Numbered from the stretch's first letter, positions 23,901 to 36,850 are shown. The stretch: 64,000 bases of DNA from Tubiluchus corallicola (GCA_030141605.1 JAQGDQ010000330.1:124001-188000), one strand, 5' to 3'. Program-made: numbers and translations. The notes: generated by a model from the sequence alone, not told the origin.

Positions 23901-24373
23901 ACTTTAGAAAACTAAATACAATGCAAAACTACGCACTTAGATTAATTCATGGCTACTCTAACAAAACTGCTAAACAACATGCTGCTTCTGCAACAAGCTT
24001 AAGAACGTCCACAAAAATACCAATATTAGAAGCCTATCGAGATTACAAAACACTGATATTTCTTTATAAATATATAAATAAACTGAGCATTCCATTTATA
24101 AACAATCCCTTAGCGTTTATTCCTGATACCACATTGAACACTAGAACATACAATTTAAAGCAAATTACAGTAAACAATAAATTTGGAAATAACTCTATAT
24201 CAAAACAGGCCATACATTTATGGAACTTACTACCCAGTGCAATAAAACAAATAGAATCACTCCACCACTTTAAAAAGAAATTAAAAGAATATCAATATAA
24301 CAGGTTTCAACTTCCACATTGTGCATCTGATACTAATTACACGGACTCCACCTTCATATACCCCTGCCCCTGA
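20996..24373 (+). CDS. LINE ORF2p: Cys-rich leader, 2A-like motif, APE endonuclease, reverse transcriptase (1125 aa)
   Basis: APE motifs GITETWL, RGGGVA, MGDFN, TIDH and SDH. RT motifs NYRPIS, QFGFR, FLDLSKAFD, GIPQGTILGPLLF, YAGDT and KFLGI. GCTETNPGP at aa 121-129. Confidence 0.93.
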   Translation: MNFKREILSFTQNKRILCKECINSRQMCPVPISGTLKRVCTSCCVIISQNRIENNSCVKFCYSASILQYSSVRKCTRSDTRDLYYKFQYSPTLLRVLPYLIKNNCNHDYFLTVLKMLLIIGCTETNPGPLNQTPTQNHMDLELADFMQKHKKNLKFLCINIQSLTKKHALLKDTVRSSENLVVGITETWLHKQIPSASIQLPHHTLIRRDRPTHKRGGGVAMYIPKHMSFNKAKGIKTNKIESIWYNIENYIVGVIYKPPNQKYKTFLKHFEIELERAVLENQPVLLMGDFNIDINATNTAQCKKYKEVLDQYNTQILNASNKPTRITKTSSTTIDHFISNAKDNFQVQENFSCDYSDHDFIIIVDKTKPTKNSTGTVWKTVRDYSTYNKDIFQDTLTKLDWSNIYTMTDIDMQINTLINNMEYCLDIYAPYKKIKIHQQQFNAKSACPWADTEFAKLRHNKNELYRTYLHLKGKINYNNYKKARNKFNSYNRKLKNKYYINKCNDATTPKQKWRLINDVLNRYRNDQLQINTLRENGSIISDPVDIANKLNSTFINLGKFDNLPHQHNANIHNIYKNQSVIQSTFSFTSLTEYDIFRILNSLNINKGSGPSDMPIKILKDCASIITPHLTYITNQVLMRSEFPAVCKQANITPIHKKDAKDDAKNYRPISVVHVLAKVFERVIYNQINHYIENNKLLSNHQFGFRKLHSTIDAIIDATEKWRYNLNKNKYITAAFLDLSKAFDSLDHNLLLDNLRQLGFDYTSLKLINNYLHNRKQRVKLNKHTFSTWDTPQRGIPQGTILGPLLFCLYVNKIHLVLHNSDLTQYAGDTTLYTAHADFLTSKNNLEKDITNINAAFNYFGLKMNDDKTEFMVISPKSNDITSNATLKVGDCSIEQAKTVKFLGITVDNKLTWDEQFHQIHNKMALSTTFLRQTRGHLTKKTKILIYKSLILPHYLYGCTLLQNVKYENFRKLNTMQNYALRLIHGYSNKTAKQHAASATSLRTSTKIPILEAYRDYKTLIFLYKYINKLSIPFINNPLAFIPDTTLNTRTYNLKQITVNNKFGNNSISKQAIHLWNLLPSAIKQIESLHHFKKKLKEYQYNRFQLPHCASDTNYTDSTFIYPCP

Positions 24374-27300
24374 CTCCATATAATGAATAAAAATGAAATT
24401 TTTTTAAAAAAATTATGTAATGTAATACGTGTTATGTTAGTTTCGTGTTTCGTAATGTTAAATGTATAAATAGTGTGCACTATGTAATGTAAAATTTAAT
24501 GTACTTTCCTATAATTGTTTGTAAAAATATTTTAATATGGTATTTGTAAATATGTTCATTATATTGTATATAGTTTGCACTTTAGTTTTTTTAGTATGCA
24601 CTGGACGCATTTGTCTTGAACAGTGTTGTTATTTTAACATTACGCTGAGGCTAACTCAATTTTATTATAATGAGGGAACCGTTTTTATGACAAATAAAGA
24701 ATTAATATATATATATATATACATCTTACAAGTATAAAACAAATATCTTCACTCGAAGCAAACTGTGAATAGAATACAAACACATATGACAAACTGCAAA
24801 GAAAACTTCGTTATGAAAAACAGCAATTATTACTTTCTCTAAGCCGTCTTATCCATATCTCTTATCTCCTCCAGCAATGTTCTATTCTATGCTCAGCACA
24901 AACATGCAAAAAAGAACATTTATTTAAGAGAAATATTACATTGCAGGTAAATGCAACTCTTTGTGTGCTGTTATTTGACGTTTACAACAAACATTGTTCA
25001 AAAAATCATGATTACGACAGTTAAAGTAATAAAGTCAAAGCAAAATTGTTATAAAATCTTATTGCACAATATAGGTACTAAAGTGGTTCCCTGTTTCAGA
25101 AGTCTGGTAAGCTTTTAGGTTCATCAAAATGATTTTAAGTATGTGTGTACTGGGATGTTACTTTCGAGACGCCAGCCATTTTACGTTACGGATTTTTTAA
25201 TTGTGTTTCTTCCCTTAAAAATAATTTGAAATTGTCCCTGGTTCGTTCGTTTATCATTTTTACATTTACACTTCGGCTCATTTCAAATTCCCTGGTTTAG
25301 ATATATGTTTATACGTTAAAACTAGAGATTTACTGTATACTTTGAATCCACGCAGCGTATTTTACATAACCTTGAAAATTTGTAGTTAGTATGCATGTTT
25401 ACCTATAAAAATGTTATTACCCTGTATCCGGAATCATTTGCCTAGGTGAGAGGCAAATGTTCTACTGACAGATATATACACGTTTTTCTCTGTTATTCTT
25501 GCTCTTCATTATTCTATTGCTTGATTGGTGTTATATAATTGCCTTTTCTTAATGTGCTTAATTTTAGTTATTGCACCAATTTTTCTAGTCACAGTAAATG
25601 TTATAATTTATGATGTTTTGATTTGACTTTGCAGAGAATAAATTAAATTATTTTGCAGACGTATGATATTTGTTAAATGTAAATATATGTTCTCATCGAT
25701 TATATTTGTTCTTGTTCAGTTTTCAGCGTTTATTGTTGGAATAGTAAAGTCCTTGTGATTGTGATTTAATTGTTTTAGTTTTTCCTTATATTTTCATGTT
25801 GTAATGTATGTTATAGTGCCATTCACAGTACAAAACAAACCTGTTTGGACGAAAAGGAATCAATTAGTCATTTAATTACAGCAAATCCTCACATCTATCA
25901 GAATTTCAAAAATATTAAGATTAATCTTTTATGTGTTTAATAAATTTATAGTAATTACCTTTATGCAAAATGTCTACTTTCATTGATCTTTATCATTTCT
26001 TTATTAACTCCAGTACGAGCTTTAAAGCAAAAAATTTCAGATCCGTAACCGGATCTGTTGTAAATCAATTCAGTTAGAGAGAACTAAAGGTGACTCTTTT
26101 CACCTTTCACAAATTTAGTTTAGGCAAGAATTAAGGGAAAATATTGCACGTTGCTCTATGACCTTGCAGAAAAAGTTTTCAATTGCTTATGCCGTTTGTT
26201 TTTCATGTGGGTTGTACATTTATTTGCATAATAAAGTTAACCATTGACATGTTAATTGGGCGGCTTACGTGCAAATAAAAATTTAAAGGTCGTTTCAAAA
26301 GTATAAAACCTTTGACTTTGTTTACAGTTTTAGTTGCTGTCAAGAGGGAGCAGTCATTTTTGCCACACGTTGTTGGTCATTACAAGCTGTAAGCACATCT
26401 ATACACAGGTAAGAGTATTCACCTGTCCTAACTCGACTGTAATATTCCAGCTCAATTGATGTAGTGTTTTTTGTTTTTTCTCGTTTCTATTAAAAAATAA
26501 AAGGCCATTTTACAATGTTGCACTTAACTGAAAACTGTAATCAGTATAATTACGTTAGTCAGACAATTAAACCACTTTACCCGAATTTAAAATTTTAAAT
26601 TTTCTATGCTCAATCAAATAAACTGCTCCATCTTAATAATAATTTGCCCATTTTATCATTGCTAATTTTGCAATTCTGAACTTTACTGAACAGTACCAGA
26701 TTTAGTTATACTGTATATATGAATCTAGTTTTGACAGCTTACTAATTTATATGTAAACTATATATATTATATGTAAATTATATATAAAACTTATAAAATT
26801 GCCATTAATTAAACTAAACTGCAAAAACTATGGGTTTACAACAATCTAAAATAGCAAAATATGATATACTTACTTATATCATGTATTTCCATAAAGCAAC
26901 TTTAACATTTTGTCAATATGTTTGTTATATGTATCAAAATGTGACTGTTATATTGTGAAAACTACTTATATAATTGTAACTCTCATGTTAATATTCAAAC
27001 AAATAAACCTGCGCAGTAATTTATGCCATGCGGTATTTAGTCAGTTAGTATGTCAGTTAGTTTAGCAGCCTGGCTGTGGAGTTTTGAGAAAAAATTCAAA
27101 TACACAACACCTCTTTTATTTTTCTGAATGTCAAATTAAAAGGCATTGACCATTAATGAAGGTTAGTAAGTGCTACACGGAGGACCCATTTAATCGCTTC
27201 AAATGATCCATGTTTAGAGTTGCGAGGTACCCAGTACGGAATGACACTCCAGAGACTATAAGTTGCTCGATTTTGTATGTGCTAATCTGATGCCAGCAGG

Positions 27301-27699
27301 GCAGTTAATTAGTAATATCTTTTGCTGCTGATGCATTGTCATTTACATTATTATCATGAGAAGAACGACTAATTCCTTCAAGCAAAATTGAACTACACCT
27401 CCCACACTAGAACCATCTGCTTAGACTCCCCCCTCCCATAGGCTACCTGCAAATTTGCCACTGTCTGGAGCTGACTGGTAGGTTTCATTCACTAGAACAG
27501 GAAGTCAAGTAGTCATCCTGTGTCTACCATAGATTAAGTAGATTATCTCTAATTGCCAGATTGTTATAATCATTACTAATTATACAAGCATAGGTGAGTA
27601 GTCATGGTCACGTGAACAACAAGATACCTAGCGAAATTCCTTACAAAATGATTTCTAAATGGTTTATCATTTTGCGTGTTATTTCAGGTTTGTTTCACC

Positions 27700-29666
27700 A
27701 TGCAGAGTCGTTGGGTTTTGTTCTGCATCATGAATTGCATTTTTACATTTGCATCAGGGAAGCGGGTCAACAGAAATGGCCTTGTTGTCAAGACGACCAC
27801 TGGCAAGGTGAAAGGTTTCATGCAGGATGCTTTAAACAAAAAAGTGCGCACATTTCTAGGTATCCCTTATGCTGAACCCCCAGTTGGAAACTTACGATTT
27901 GCAAAACCAGCGCCTGTGAAAATGTGGAAAGGAATAAAATTAGCAAGAACGCCCCACAATTCCTGCTTCCAACTGAATGACACCCTCACTGCTGTTTTGG
28001 GAGATGGGATGAAAGTTATTGATGTATATGATCTTACTACTCCAGTAAGTGAAGATTGTCTATATCTAAATGTGTTTACTCCAGAAAATGCAAGAGGTTT
28101 GCCAACAGTTGTTTTAATTCATGGTGGTGTTTTTGTAATGGGAGCAGCAAATACAAAACTTATGGATGGAACAATTCTTTCTGCATTTGCCAACATGATT
28201 GTAGTCACCATCAACTATAGAGTTGGACCTTTTGGTTTTCTGTTTCTGAATAACACAGAATCACCTGGAAATCAAGGTTTGTTGGATCAGGTTTTGGCAC
28301 TTGAGTGGATAAATGATAATATTGAATCTTTTGGTGGGGACAAAGGTAAACTTACAATTGATGGACACCTATTTGAGGGAGTGGCTGTTGGATATCATCT
28401 CATGTCCCCACTTAGCAAAGGTTTGTTTTCTTCTGCCATTCTGCGTACTGCATTACCAAATGAGTGGAAAAACAATCCAACTTATGATAAGCCTGAAAAT
28501 GCCCTCTCTTTTGGCAGAAGCATTGCAGCTGCACTTGGATGCGTTGAAGATGATGACGTCAGTATATCTTGCATGAGAGAAGTCAATGCTTCTGTATTAA
28601 CTGCTTTACAATTTACATTACCGTTATCTGCTGGAATGCCTGATCAGGGTGTGAGGCCTACGCTTGATGGTAACTTTCTCTTAACACCACCAAAAAGTGC
28701 TAATAACTTTGCAAATGCTGATGTACCAGTTATGATTTCTGTCACAAAAAATGAAGGCGCTATGCTCCTGCGAGAAACTGAGATGGAGATTTTCCCCACT
28801 CAAGACCTACCTAACTGCAGCTACACTGACTATGTCGCCACTTTCAATAATGCTTTTAAAGATTATGATGAAGTCGTCCAAAATATTGTACTCAATGCAT
28901 ATCTTGAATATCCTTTTGGAAATGCGGAGTGTATTAGTGCATTGTCACACTATATGGGTGATTTTTACTGCATCTGTCCATTAACAGAGTTTGCCGTGCA
29001 CTGGTCAGAGAGGGGTGGTCATGTTTATTGGTCTACGTTTAGCCATCGACCATCTGGCTCACCTTGGCCCGAGTGGTATGGAGTAACAGAGGATGATGAC
29101 GTACCATTTTTTGTGGGACTGCCACTCAAAAATGAAAAAGACTTTACGGAGTATGAAAAGAACATCAGCAGATCATTGATGACTTACACCCGCAATTTTG
29201 CAGAAACCGGGTAATCCAGGTTTTTTCCTGCTAGTTCTTATACAAAACTAATTTTACTGTTAGATAGAAAGTAGAAGTCTTGCAAGTCTAACATCTTTTT
29301 ACTCTAGTAGTTAGGCGACGTTTTTTATAGTGTTTTGTCATATTTTTTTCCTATTTGCTAAAAGATTCCTCAGAATGAAATCACTAACATTTTTGCCACT
29401 TTAGCCACGAATAAGTCTGCTGAAAAACGCTCACTAATATTCTGTACTTCAGTTTTGATTTTACTGATATCTTTTACATATCTGTCTTCTCAGAAATCCT
29501 AATAAAGGTGGAATCAAGAATACTGCTTTCTGGCCAGAGTTCAAATTGGGAGGACGAAAGTACTTGGACATTGGTGATGAGAAGATTCAGGCGAAGGAAG
29601 GTGGTTTCAGGACCAAACACTGCATTATTTTGAGCAAGGGCGTACCTGCTATACAGTCTGTGATAG
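27700..29666 (+). CDS. Secreted cholinesterase/type-B carboxylesterase-family protein, predicted non-catalytic (final short exon uncertain)
   Basis: Exon 27700-29210 carries a signal peptide MQSRWVLFCIMNCIFTFASG and motifs FLGIPYAEPPVGNLRF, SEDCLYLNV, HGG, NYRVG.FGFL, GNQGLLDQ.LAL.W, NEG and WPEW.GV. Exon 29494-29666 reads GNPN...WPEF...YLDI...RTKHC. Intron positions resemble vertebrate AChE/BChE. GESAG is replaced by GHLFE and the His position by Glu. Confidence 0.92.
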
Positions 29667-30784
29667 GTATAATTTGATGTTTTGCACCAGATGGGCATCT
29701 CTTTCACTCACCCACTCATTCACTCACTCTCTCAGTCATTCGCTCATTCATTCACTCACTGTCTTTCTTTTCTCTCTGTATCACTGTTCTCACATACTGT
29801 CATTTTTTCTTTTTTTACAGCAGTCAAAGCTGTTTTTTGTTGCGAAATAAGCCTGTGATTCTGTAATCACTGAGTATACTGCAATTCCGAAAAACTGATT
29901 CAACGCTTGATTTGAAAATTAATCTATTCTAATGTATTAATATCCCCATTTCAGAAGGTATTTGAAGGATGGACATGCCTGAAAGCAAGCCAGTAGATGT
30001 TGTCTGGGACCCAAAAGTACGACATGGAAATTGAATAAAAAAACATCAAGCACATGTGTTTACTTTTTATTTTTTCGCTGTCGTAAAATTATTATGTGTG
30101 AATAGCAGTTTATCTTGCTTATCCTTTTACATGTGAGTTATAATTATGCGCAGTCAGATCTTTGTCATAATATTTTTCCGGGCTGTCATATTTTTCTGTA
30201 ATTATTAGTCTGGTCTTAGATAAGTGACATAATTTATGTTCTTACGTAAGAGTAACAATGTGAAATATGCTTTTGTTGTAGACAGCTAACAATAAATTGT
30301 TGAACGCATAAAAAATAACTTCTACGACTACGACAAAGATGCTTGATTTCTGTTAGTAATGATTCTTTATCAGCAATATCTTTTACCATAAGAACAAAAT
30401 ATTACAGTTTGTACTCACACGTGATCAACAATCTTCAGCACTTTAGAGACACCGTCTGGAGTCCATTGAAAATAACAAACATTGTAATAATCAAACTTGC
30501 ACTTTATGGCAAATTGTAACTGTTAATAAGAACATCTTATAAAGAACAAACGATGTGAGCAAGAACAAAATACAAGGACCTTTAGTAACGGGACATGTCA
30601 TAGAATAAAAAAAATAAGCCTGAACCCTTGCATAATATAAAAAAACATAACTGGATCATATTGGTACTGATCAAAAATAATTGCAGAGTGTAAAAATAAA
30701 TAAGCAAGAAACTAATTAAAAGGAAAATTTAATTATTCTACTTGATTATGAATTTTTGGCGCCCTTCTTTGCTGCGTGAAACAA

Positions 30785-33514
30785 ATCTGTTGTTGCTGTG
30801 ACTATACATACATTGGAGATATCCCTTTGTGACTATACATACATTGGAGATATCCCTTTGTGACTATACACACATTGGAGATATCCCTTTGTGACTATAC
30901 ACACATTGGAGATATCCCTTTGTGACTATACACACATTGGAGATATCCCTTTGTGACTATACACACATTGGAGATATCCCTTTGTGACTATACATACATT
31001 GGAGATATCCCTTTGTGACTATACACACATTGGAGATATCCCTTTGTGACTATACACACATTGGAGATATCCCTTTGTGACTATACACACATTGGAGATA
31101 TCCCTTTGTGACTATACACACATTGGAGATATCCCTTTGTGACTATACACACATTGGAGATATCCCTTTGTGACTATACACACATTGGAGATATCCCTTT
31201 GTGACTATACACACATTGGAGATATCCCTTTGTGACTATACACACATTGGAGATGTCCCTTTGTGACTATACACACATTGGAGATATCCCTTTGTGACTA
31301 TACATACATTGGAGATATCCCTTTGTGACTATACACACATTGGAGATATCCCTTTGTGACTATACACACATTGGAGATGTCCCTTTGTGACTATACACAC
31401 ATTGGAGATATCCCTTTGTGACTATACATACATTGGAGATATCCCTTTGTGACTATACACACATTGGAGATATCCCTTTGTGACTATACACACATTGGAG
31501 ATATCCCTTTGTGACTATACATACATTGGAGATATCCCTTTGTGACTATACACACATTGGAGATATCCCTTTGTGACTATACACACATTGGAGATATCCC
31601 TTTGTGACTATACACACATTGGAGATATCCCTTTGTGACTATACACACATTGGAGATATCCCTTTGTGACTATACACACATTGGAGATATCCCTTTGTGA
31701 CTATACACACATTGGAGATATCCCTTTGTGACTATACACACATTGGAGATATCCCTTTGTGACTATACACACATTGGAGATATCCCTTTGTGACTATACA
31801 CACATTGGAGATATCCCTTTGTGACTATACACACATTGGAGATATCCCTTTGTGACTATACACACATTGGAGATATCCCTTTGTGACTATACACACATTG
31901 GAGATATCCCTTTGTGACTATACACACATTGGAGATATCCCTTTGTGACTATACACACATTGGAGATATCCCTTTGTGACTATACACACATTGGAGATAT
32001 CCCTTTGTGACTATACATACATTGGAGATATCCCTTTGTGACTATACACACATTGGAGATATCCCTTTGTGACTATACACACATTGGAGATATCCCTTTG
32101 TGACTATACACACATTGGAGATATCCCTTTGTGACTATACACACATTGGAGATATCCCTTTGTGACTATACACACATTGGAGATATCCCTTTGTGACTAT
32201 ACACACATTGGAGATATCCCTTTGTGACTATACACACATTGGAGATATCCCTTTGTGACTATACACACATTGGAGATATCCCTTTGTGACTATACACACA
32301 TTGGAGATATCCCTTTGTGACTATACACACATTGGAGATATCCCTTTGTGACTATACACACATTGGAGATGTCCCTTACATTGACTGGATATTTCTCAGA
32401 CAGTAAAGTTTGTTATATATAGATCTGTTGTTGCTGTGACTATACACACATTGGAGATGTCCCTTACATTGACTGGATATTTCTCAGACAGTAAAGTTTG
32501 TTATATATAGATCTGTTGTTGCTGTGACTATACACACATTGGAGATGTCCCTTACATTGACTGGATATTTCTCAGACAGTAAAGTTTGTTATATATAGAT
32601 CTGTTGTTGCTGTGACTATACATACATTGGAGATATCCCTTACATTAACTGGATATTTCTCAGACAGTAAAGTTTGTTATATATAGATCTGTTGTTGCTG
32701 TGACTATACATACATTGGAGATATCCCTTACATTAACTGGATATTTCTCAGACAGTAAAGTTTGTTATATATAGATCTGTTGTTGCTGTGACTATACATA
32801 CATTGGAGATGTCGCTTACATTAACTATATATTTCTCAGACAGTAAAGTTTGTTATATATAGATCTGTTGTTGCTGTGACTATACATACATTGGAGATGT
32901 CCCTTACATTGACTGGATATTTCTCAGACAGTAAAGTTTGTTATATATAGATCTGTTGTTGCTGTGACTATACATACATTGGAGATATCCCTTTGTGACT
33001 ATACACACATTGGAGATATCCCTTTGTGACTATACACACATTGGAGATGTCCCTTACATTGACTGGATATTTCTCAGACAGTAAAGTTTGTTATATATAG
33101 ATCTGTTGTTGCTGTGACTATACATACATTGGAGATATCCCTTACATTGACTGGATATTTCTCATACAGTAAAGTTTGTTGTATATAGGTCTGTTGTTGC
33201 TGTGACTATACACACATTGGAGATGTCCCTTACATTGACTGGATATTTCTCAGACAGTAAAGTTTGTTATATATAGATCTGTTGTTGCTGTGACTATACA
33301 TACATTGGAGATATCCCTTTGTGACTATACACACATTGGAGATATCCCTTTGTGACTATACACACATTGGAGATGTCCCTTACATTAACTATATATATTT
33401 CTCAGACAGTAAAGTTTGTTGTATATAGATCTGTTGTTGCTGTGACTATACATACATTGGAGATATCCCTTTACGTTAACTGGATATTTCTCAGACAGTA
33501 AAGTTTGTTGTATA
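30785..33514. repeat. Nested satellite: 31-bp unit (~51 copies, 30797-32377) embedded in an 88-bp unit (~11 further copies)
   Basis: 31-mer TGTGACTATACACACATTGGAGATATCCCTT. 88-mer GATCTGTTGTTGC-[31-mer]-ACATTGACTGGATATTTCTCAGACAGTAAAGTTTGTTATATATA with period 88 (32422, 32510, 32598, ...). Confidence 0.95.
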
Positions 33515-34873
33515 GAGAAGCATATAAATAATTGAGGGTAATTTTGCCTTATCATCAACGGATACCCCAATGACCATGACATTTATATAGTGTATCAAAC
33601 ATCTTGCACCAGCATCAATACAGGCATATTTACTATACTTTGATAACAAATATCTATATCTAGAGGTTTAACGTAAATTGATGTATTTCACAGCTTTAAA
33701 CTAAGATATAAAGATTCACCTACATTGATCTAAAATCTATCTAAAATCCTTGCAACCCTTACATCTATACAGCTTTAAAAGAATCCTAATAAGCAGCATA
33801 ATTTTGCTATATATCATGCACAATATATGAACTGCAAATACGTATTCAAGTACTGTATAAAATAGAAACCACGTGATGTCACGCTATAATATAGTTCGTC
33901 ACATATTAAAAGCTCTTCAGATTATTTATTCGCGCAGAGCTTCACGTTTTAATCAAACCATGCTTAATAAAAAATGAAACTCAACGGTATACTTTCACAA
34001 AATTATAATAAGGACACATAAAAACGAAGTTCTACAACCATACTGACTGTGTAATTGCACTTTCACAGTGAAGTTCACTCGATTTTTGCTGAAGTTATCA
34101 AAAAACAACCGAAACCTCAAAATATTTGCACGATTGTTGATTCTAGTCCACTGGTGCAGAGGCACCTCACCTGACACCAGACTTTTCCTTTTGGCTACCT
34201 TTTAACTCTTTCCTTCATTTGCCCAGTAATTTCAGATCTGCCTGACAAGTTTGATAGTATATTATCAATCGTTTCACTATGCATGCAATCGATTATCAAA
34301 CTCGGTCATTATTTATGGGGCATGTAAGTGTCATAAGAGTGATTCGAAATTCACAAAAGCTGCACAAGCAAGTGAATAAGCAACAGTGTTTCTAAGAAGG
34401 TTAATCCAAATATGAATACAGTAGTACATTAATCAAATAGCCATGGAATTTATTCTATTTCTCAAATCTAACTAAATTTTATTTAAATTCTGCATTGTAT
34501 GGTTAGTAAGGTAATTCAGTTGTGACATTTTATTCAACACAAAAACTCTTGTGAGTCAGTGAGACAGCTTTTATGCTGTCTATGATTACAACAACTCAAA
34601 GTCCAACAAACCATACACTTGTTGATCTTTGTCGCAGGTAGTTGCAAATTTGAGAAGTTCTGTTCTGGAAGGTTCCGCATATGCACTTGAGTAGTCGTAT
34701 GGGGAAGTTGTTTGCAACAGAACATGGCAATCATCCTTATTGTCCAAGGCAACTTAAACTTATTTGGAACCTGATGTAAACACTAAGTATTTTCATTACC
34801 GACAAAAATATTAAATAGGTATTTATACAAAAAAACTATCGTTACTACATAATAAAATTATTCTCTGTTGCTA

Positions 34874-36674
34874 TTAAACAAGCCAACAGCACAGCAAGTC
34901 CTTTATTAAGTACCCCGAGTATAATGACAACATCAAAACAAACGACACATTTGCTTTGGCAGTAACTGCACTTCCTGTACAACCGTCCTCCTGACAGATT
35001 TTGATGCACGTATTGGTTTCTTGTCCCTTTATATTTTCACCAAGTTTACAATCGGAACCGAAGTCCACCGTGGTGCAAGTCTTTGTGATTTCCTGAAGGA
35101 CTTCTGAAATGAGACAAAGCGGCAGTGAAACTGAGTGTACATGATGGGTAAACTATGTTAATTCAAAGGTAGACAGACTGATTTTTCATATATTACACCA
35201 TTTTCAAGTCGGATAAAAAGAATATATTTTAACACAATTAATGCCGCAAAAGCGTTTCTGATAACTAAATTATAGATTAAAATCCTAATTAACGGCGGGT
35301 GAGCCCAACTGTTGATGACATCACAAACTAACACAATTTCCAACAGGAATAAACATTCCACGAGAGTGTTGCACGTATTTGTAAAAAAGAAAATTGAAGT
35401 ATAGTGAGTGCTATTGTAAGATATTCAGCATGTTGTACTAAAACTAGGCAAGTTTTAAGAAAGAAATTAAATTTCACATTTAGCGCTGTACTCACGCATG
35501 ATCTGTCGAACGTGTGTAGTTGGTCACAAGCTAACACATCTGAACTGAGAGGTACAGCACCTGCTTTGTGTGCAATGTGTGTCCGTAATGCAGGCGCTAG
35601 TGCCCGTCTAACTAGCGATTGGCCAAATGCATGTAACAGCGAACAACTAGTGGCGCCAACACGAAATTGTGTTCGGGTGGTAATAACTCTTTCACGTAAG
35701 TCGTTCTTGAAAAAATAACATGTTTCCTTCCAATACTTTAAAGAGTAGGCTGTTTTGGCCTACAGCGTAAGATTGGGTTCGGTTTTGCTTTAAACGATCA
35801 GTTCCGTTTGAAGCAAATGATCAGCAGTGAGCTCAACTAGCAAAGGTCCAAAAACCAAAGGTTTCTCATGTCTTCCACAAAAAGACGGAACAAAGAAAAC
35901 TCGTGACAAAGAATGTCAACACAACGTTTCCTGGCTAAATATAAATATTTCGAAAATGGGCTCAGCCTCACTACAAGCAAATTACTGTTATATTTAAGAT
36001 AGAAAATTTAATGACTAAACTTAATTGTAGATGGTGAATCGATTACGATAATATTTGTACCGCTGGTTCTTCGACTAAGCACGTGGATTTATTGAAGTAA
36101 CATTCGGGTAATAATAATCGGGATCACCCTAGTAATAAGTATTGAATTACTTACAGCGTTGTCTCAGCACTATGTCCTAAACGAAATTATCATTAATAGC
36201 AGTAAGCAGGGATGCAATGTCTGGTTTAAAATACTATTCATTATAAGCAGATATTAACAAATTAAAAGATGCTAATAACAATCATTTACAAATATAATTG
36301 AGGTATTCATAGTTTACTAGGCACATCGCAAACGACTACATAGATATATGAACTCCAATATAGAGCATAATTATTAATTAATTCAAAAAGGTAATGTTGA
36401 GAAAGAAAAAAGCACTTAAAGGTGTGAAGCATTAATGTCCCTGCATAGCTTATGGCATTAAGCCGTTGAAAGAGTTGTCAGCTAATAATCACATCTTGCC
36501 GTTTCCGTCGGCTGGTTATGTACTTACCATTATGGTAGATGCGGACGGCCATGCAATATCTTTCCTTTCTAGTTTGGTTGCAGGGTACAGGCGTGGGTGG
36601 ATCTTCGTCACAAATCCTCATTGTTTCTAGATCTTCTAGTGTACCAGCGCATCTTGTACAGAGTACACATGAAC
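34874..36674 (-). CDS. Ly6/uPAR three-finger-fold (quiver/sleepless-like) protein, probably GPI-anchored; two 3' exons
   Basis: Exon 36674-36528 (SCVLCTRCAGTLEDLETMRICDEDPPTPVPCNQTRKERYCMAVRIYHN) splices in phase 1 to 35103-34874 (EVLQEITKTCTTVDFGSDCKLGENIKGQETNTCIKICQEDGCTGSAVTAKANVSFVLMLSLYSGYLIKDLLCCWLV*). This gives 10 domain cysteines, a small-residue GS omega-like site and a hydrophobic tail. Confidence 0.8.
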
Positions 36675-36740
36675 CTGGAACATACAACAGCTGTAGTTAA
36701 GCGTGATGAAATCAAAAAATCAATGTCCTTGTTGTAATCG

Positions 36741-36814
36741 TCGTCGTCGTCATTGTAGTTGTTGATATTGTTACAGCTGTTTGCTGTTGCTGCTGCTGCT
36801 GCTGGTGCTGGTGC

Positions 36815-36850
<36 letters not shown>

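Larger units (their letters stand above)
18700..24722 (+). mobile_element. Near full-length CR1/L2-type non-LTR retrotransposon (5' boundary approximate)
   Basis: ORF1 (esterase) plus ORF2 (APE-RT), then a ~330-bp 3' UTR ending AATAAA and a (TA)n tail at ~24693-24721. No TSD seen. Confidence 0.88.

Noticed and set aside
25150-25200. YY1-like AAAATGGC plus GTAAC donor as the GBF1 non-coding first exon
   Set aside because: Plausible, but such short motifs are not diagnostic without transcript data.
26295-26420. TATA box (GTATAAAA at 26301) and a 5' UTR exon (donor CAG|GTAAGA at ~26408) for the cholinesterase-like gene
   Set aside because: Consistent with a promoter, but common by chance in AT-rich DNA.
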